Source of the DNA: Eledone cirrhosa
Lineage: Eukaryota
Length of the DNA: 64,000 bases
Assembly (NCBI GenBank): GCA_964016885.1
Contig: OZ024743.1
Location: 71,300,001 to 71,364,000, forward strand
Reading direction: 5' to 3'
The stretch's first letter is position 1, and every line of letters begins with the position of its first letter. Below are positions 60,080-64,000 of this stretch, piece by piece. The notes below the pieces were generated by a model. It worked only from the letters and a program-made list of their open reading frames with translations, had not been told where the DNA came from and searched no databases. A program made the translations under genes and the position numbers.

Positions 60080-60345
60080 AGGTCGTGTAGGTGTCACGAC
60101 AAAAAACACACAGTCCACGCTGTAATGTGGCCGTGTAGGTAACACGGTAAAAAGCTCCCAGTCCACACTGTAAATGTGGTTGGTGTTAGGAAGAGCATCC
60201 AGCCGTAGAAAACCTGCCAGATAGTCCTATACGAGCGAGACACGGTCACCCAACCAATCTTGCCTCAAGTAGGACAATTTCCGTCTAACCCATGCTAGCG
60301 TGGAAGATAGACGTTAAACGATGATGATGATGATGATGATGATGA
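60080..60345 (+). mobile_element. Retroposon 3' portion (family B) with (GAT)n tail
   Basis: Homologous to 11395-11625. Confidence 0.7.
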
Positions 60346-60537
60346 GAAAATATTCAGCCAACACATATATCATCAATGAAAAAACTAGGTTAAAATGGAA
60401 GTTTCATTCATAAACAGTTCTCTGTAAATGGTTGTAAAGAGTGCAACACAGTCGGAGAAACTAAGGGAGGTTTCACATGAACTTTGGTTCGTATTCTCCA
60501 TTGGGGTTTTGATATTTATTGAATGGAGCCAGGATAT

Positions 60538-61100
60538 TTGTTGTTGCTGCTACTGCTACGACTGCTGCTGCGGCTGCTACTGCTGCTACTGCTGCGACTG
60601 CTGCTGCTGCTACTGCGGCTGTGGCTGCTGCTGCTGTTATTATTAATATCAATAACTAGCAACTAACAATGATAAACCTGACCACCACCATCAATCCCCA
60701 CCGACCTCCCACCACTAATACTGACGTTGCTGATGTTGAAGTTGTATCACAATTAGGTTAAGTACGACACCAAACTGCTGTGGTTATTGCTAGTTCTACC
60801 AACACCCCACCACCCCATCACAATTAAGCATGTCCCACAATCACCACAACCACCATCAACACCACAACCATCACCATCACCACCACCACCACCACCACCA
60901 CCACAACCACCACCAACACCATCACCACCATCACGATTAAGCATACCCCCCCACTACCACCACCAATATTGCAACCACCACCACCACCACCACCAATATT
61001 GCAACCACAACCCCCACAATCACCACCACCACAACCAATATCGCAACCACAACAACCACCGCCACCAACATCACCACCACAATCACCCCGCCCGCCCACC
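60538..61100. repeat. (CTG)n and (CAC)n trinucleotide repeats
   Basis: Seen directly. Confidence 0.9.
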
Positions 61101-62406
61101 ATGCTAATATCATTGTATTAAAAACGATCATGTACAATGTCTGTTTCATGTCAAGGTCTTTTTGCATCCAACCATCAAAAACTGAACCAATCTTACTTTA
61201 GGAAGCTACAGCTAGTCTCATGCGAGGGTTGAGTAGACATATATTTTGTGTCACTTGCTCTGAGCTCCTTAGAAATTATCACATAGGATTTATTTTCGGA
61301 AGTTTATTGCTTACTATATCGAATATTGCTTGGAGGGTCTGGACATATTTCAGCCCTCAACAACTAATAACCTGCTATAATGTTTAGTTTACACTTACAA
61401 TGAAGTACTGCCCCAACATCAAGGACTGTACTGATGTAGCACATACAGGATATCTACGACCACAGACCCGATAGCCACCAAACCGTAGTCACTCACCACA
61501 CTCCAACAATTGGACCATGAATATCTCATTTATCCGACCTTTATACTGCTTCGGAGCTGATAATTCTAGTTTCACCTCCATTTCCCTTGTCTCTCTTTCT
61601 CTCATTGTATATATTATCTTCTTATCAGCTTCTTCCCTCACCCTATTCTATTATTCCTACATTTCTAGAATGTCAGCAATTTAGAATTCGCTCCTTTTAG
61701 ATGTTTTTTCTTCCTTGCAACTGTCAACCAGTATCTATTTAAAGGGAGATTAACAGCATTTCTTACCTCGTTCCTTTAAATATATGACCCTGTCATAAAT
61801 AAGAAATTCTTGTTAACATCTCATATAAAATAATATGACCCTGTCGTGAATATGACAGTCTTATTTCAATATCTTATAATTACATGAACTTGTCGTGAAT
61901 GTGACAGCCTCGACCACATATAAACATGGGGTCCTGCTGTGAATAAGGAATTCTCGTTCCTATGTAAATATGTGGTCCTATGCGTCGGTAAATGTTTTAA
62001 TGTGTATAGCAAGATTGGTTAAAAATCTGCGGATATTAACCACATAGCTACCGCATTACCACATTGATGAATTAATCAAACATACTTCTTAACTAGTTAA
62101 AAGAACTTTCTAACAGTAATTTGTCTCTTAGTCATTAAACTAATTATTGTCTTTCTTAGCTAATTATTCTTGATTACAATTTTTGTGTATTTATAAGTCA
62201 TTTTTATTTTTTAAGTTAAATTCAGTCGATATATTTCAGGTTGTGCTATTGAAAAAAAGTTTTAAGTTTTTTAATTCTTGCCTTCCTTTTCGTAAATATT
62301 CTGTAAACAATCTTGTGTTTGAAAGTTTCAAAGTAAAATAGTATTAAAAGAACAATCTGATTAATTTATCTTTATATTGTGTTGTATAATGAGTGTAAGT
62401 TTTATG

Positions 62407-63160
62407 GAGGGCTAAGTGACACAGGGGTTAAATGATATAGAGGGTTAAGTGATATAGTGGGTTAAGTGATATAGTGGCTTAAGTGATATAGAGGGTTAAG
62501 TGATATAGTGGATTAAGTGATATAATGGGTTAAATGATATAGAGGGTTATGTGATATAGTGGGATAAGTGATATAATGGGTTAAATGATATAGAGGGTTA
62601 AGTGATATAGTGGGTTAAGTGATATAGTGGGTTAAGTGATATAGAAGGTTAAGTGATATAAAGGGCTAAGTGATATAGTGGGATAAGTGATATAGAGGGT
62701 TAAGTGATATAATGTGTTAAGTGATATAATGTGTTAAGTGATATAGTGGGTTAAGTGATATCATGGGTTAAGTGATATAGTGGGTTAAGTGATATAGAGA
62801 GTTAAGTGATATAGAGGGTTAAGTAATATAGTGGGTTAAGTGATATAGAGGGTTAAGTGATATAGAGGGTTAAGTGATATAATGAGTTAAGTGATTATAG
62901 AGGGTTAAGTGATATAGAGGGTTAAGTGATATAGTTGGTTAAGTGATATAATGAGTTAAGTGATTATAGAGGGTTAAGTGATATAATGGGTTAAGTGATA
63001 TAGAGGGTTAAGTGATATAGTGGGTTAAGTGATATAATGTGTTAAGTGATATAGTGGGTTAAGTGATATAATGGGTTAAGTGATATAGTGTGTTAAGTGA
63101 TATAATGGGTTAAGTGATATAGAGGGTTAAGTGATATAGTGGGTTAAGTGATATAGTGGG
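62407..63160 (+). repeat. 17-bp minisatellite (GGGTTAAGTGATATAGW)n, ~44 units; inverted copy at 63372-63460
   Basis: Seen directly. Confidence 0.95.
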
Positions 63161-63172
63161 TTTAGTTTACAG

Positions 63173-63276
63173 TCTGACAGTTGTTTCACTGAACAAGTTG
63201 TCTAAAAATTGCTGAACACTTGAAGCAGTGCCACTCAAGTTCAAATACGTTGTTAACTTAACCAGATCATCAGAGA
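63173..63276 (-). ncRNA. Type-I hammerhead ribozyme with very long stem II, at the apex of palindrome 63072-63460
   Basis: Minus strand: TCT CTGATGA T CTG..AAGTT..TGAAC TTGA..TCAA GT GTTCA..AACTT..CAG T GAAA CAACTG TC AGA. Confidence 0.7.
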
Positions 63277-63650
63277 TAACAACGTATTTGAAATTGAGTG
63301 GCACTGCTTCAAGTGTTCAGCAATTTTTAGACAACTTGTTCAGTGAAACAACTGTCAGACTGTAAACTAAACCCACTATATCACTTAACCCGCTATATCA
63401 CTTAACCCTCTATATCACTTAACCCACTATATCACTTAACACACTATATCACTTAACCCATGTTATTCTTTACTTATTCAATTTTATTACTCCAAGATAA
63501 ACTTACATAGGAATACAAGTGAAATCATAAACTCGCCATCTACGTAAACCCCTTGGTGAGTCAAACAACGCCGTACGCTAAACCTATCCATAATACGAAG
63601 TATTCACAACCTCTAACTGGATTACCTATAAGGATATTTTGTTATATTTT

Positions 63651-63705
<55 letters not shown>

Positions 63706-63712
<7 letters not shown>

Positions 63713-63921
63713 AGAAAAAAGAGAATCAGTGTTGCGACGAAAGGAATTTATTGAACATATTACAATTAATTCTCGGGCGACCAGCTCGAGGAACGATCGA
63801 TGTGGTGATCAAACCTGACTCTGAAATCGCCCGGTCCTTGTATACGTCTCGATTCTACGAAGCAGATTTTCCTATTCCTATAACTTTCGTCGCAACACTG
63901 ATTCTCTTTTTTCTGTGATAT
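63706..63921. repeat. Inverted repeat, 38-bp arms (63706-63743 / 63884-63921), 140-bp spacer, abutting (TA)n
   Basis: ATATCACAGAAAAAAGAGAATCAGTGTTGCGACGAAAG and its reverse complement. Confidence 0.9.
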
Positions 63922-64000
63922 CATACTCTGCTCTACGAGGGCTCGAGTGCTCATACAGCCTACCGCATACGGACGCTTTAAGCATCCAACACCAATTATA

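Noticed and set aside
62407-63160. CRISPR-like or telomeric array
   Set aside because: Contiguous 17-bp units with no unique spacers and no cas genes; not a canonical (TTAGGG)n telomere.

Overview
AT-rich eukaryotic (animal) genomic DNA dominated by repeats. The microsatellite load and SINE/LINE repertoire look like an octopod cephalopod; this is an inference, not something the sequence proves. There is no complete host gene. The best candidate is one signal-peptide-like first exon (17198-17297, phase-1 GT donor), which would make most of the window intron. Recognisable transposons are CR1/L2-group LINE pieces, a nearly intact 5'-truncated L1/Tx1 element inside an (ATCT)n array plus two relatives, R4/Dong and RTE fragments, about 15 copies of one tRNA-type SINE, and several hAT/Tc1-like MITEs. 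The main signal is about 25 type-I hammerhead ribozyme (HHR) motifs, read by eye, from many unrelated short non-coding families. Most are the minimal Penelope/retrozyme type with a palindromic stem III, and three carry a compensatory U3-A8 core. About a dozen short elements share one architecture: (TA)n - short inverted arm - apex at or inside the ribozyme - long arm - (TA)n. This suggests a TA-microsatellite-targeting, ribozyme-bearing, fold-back retro-mobilisation system whose autonomous driver is not in this window. Almost all ORFs in the supplied track are microsatellite artefacts.
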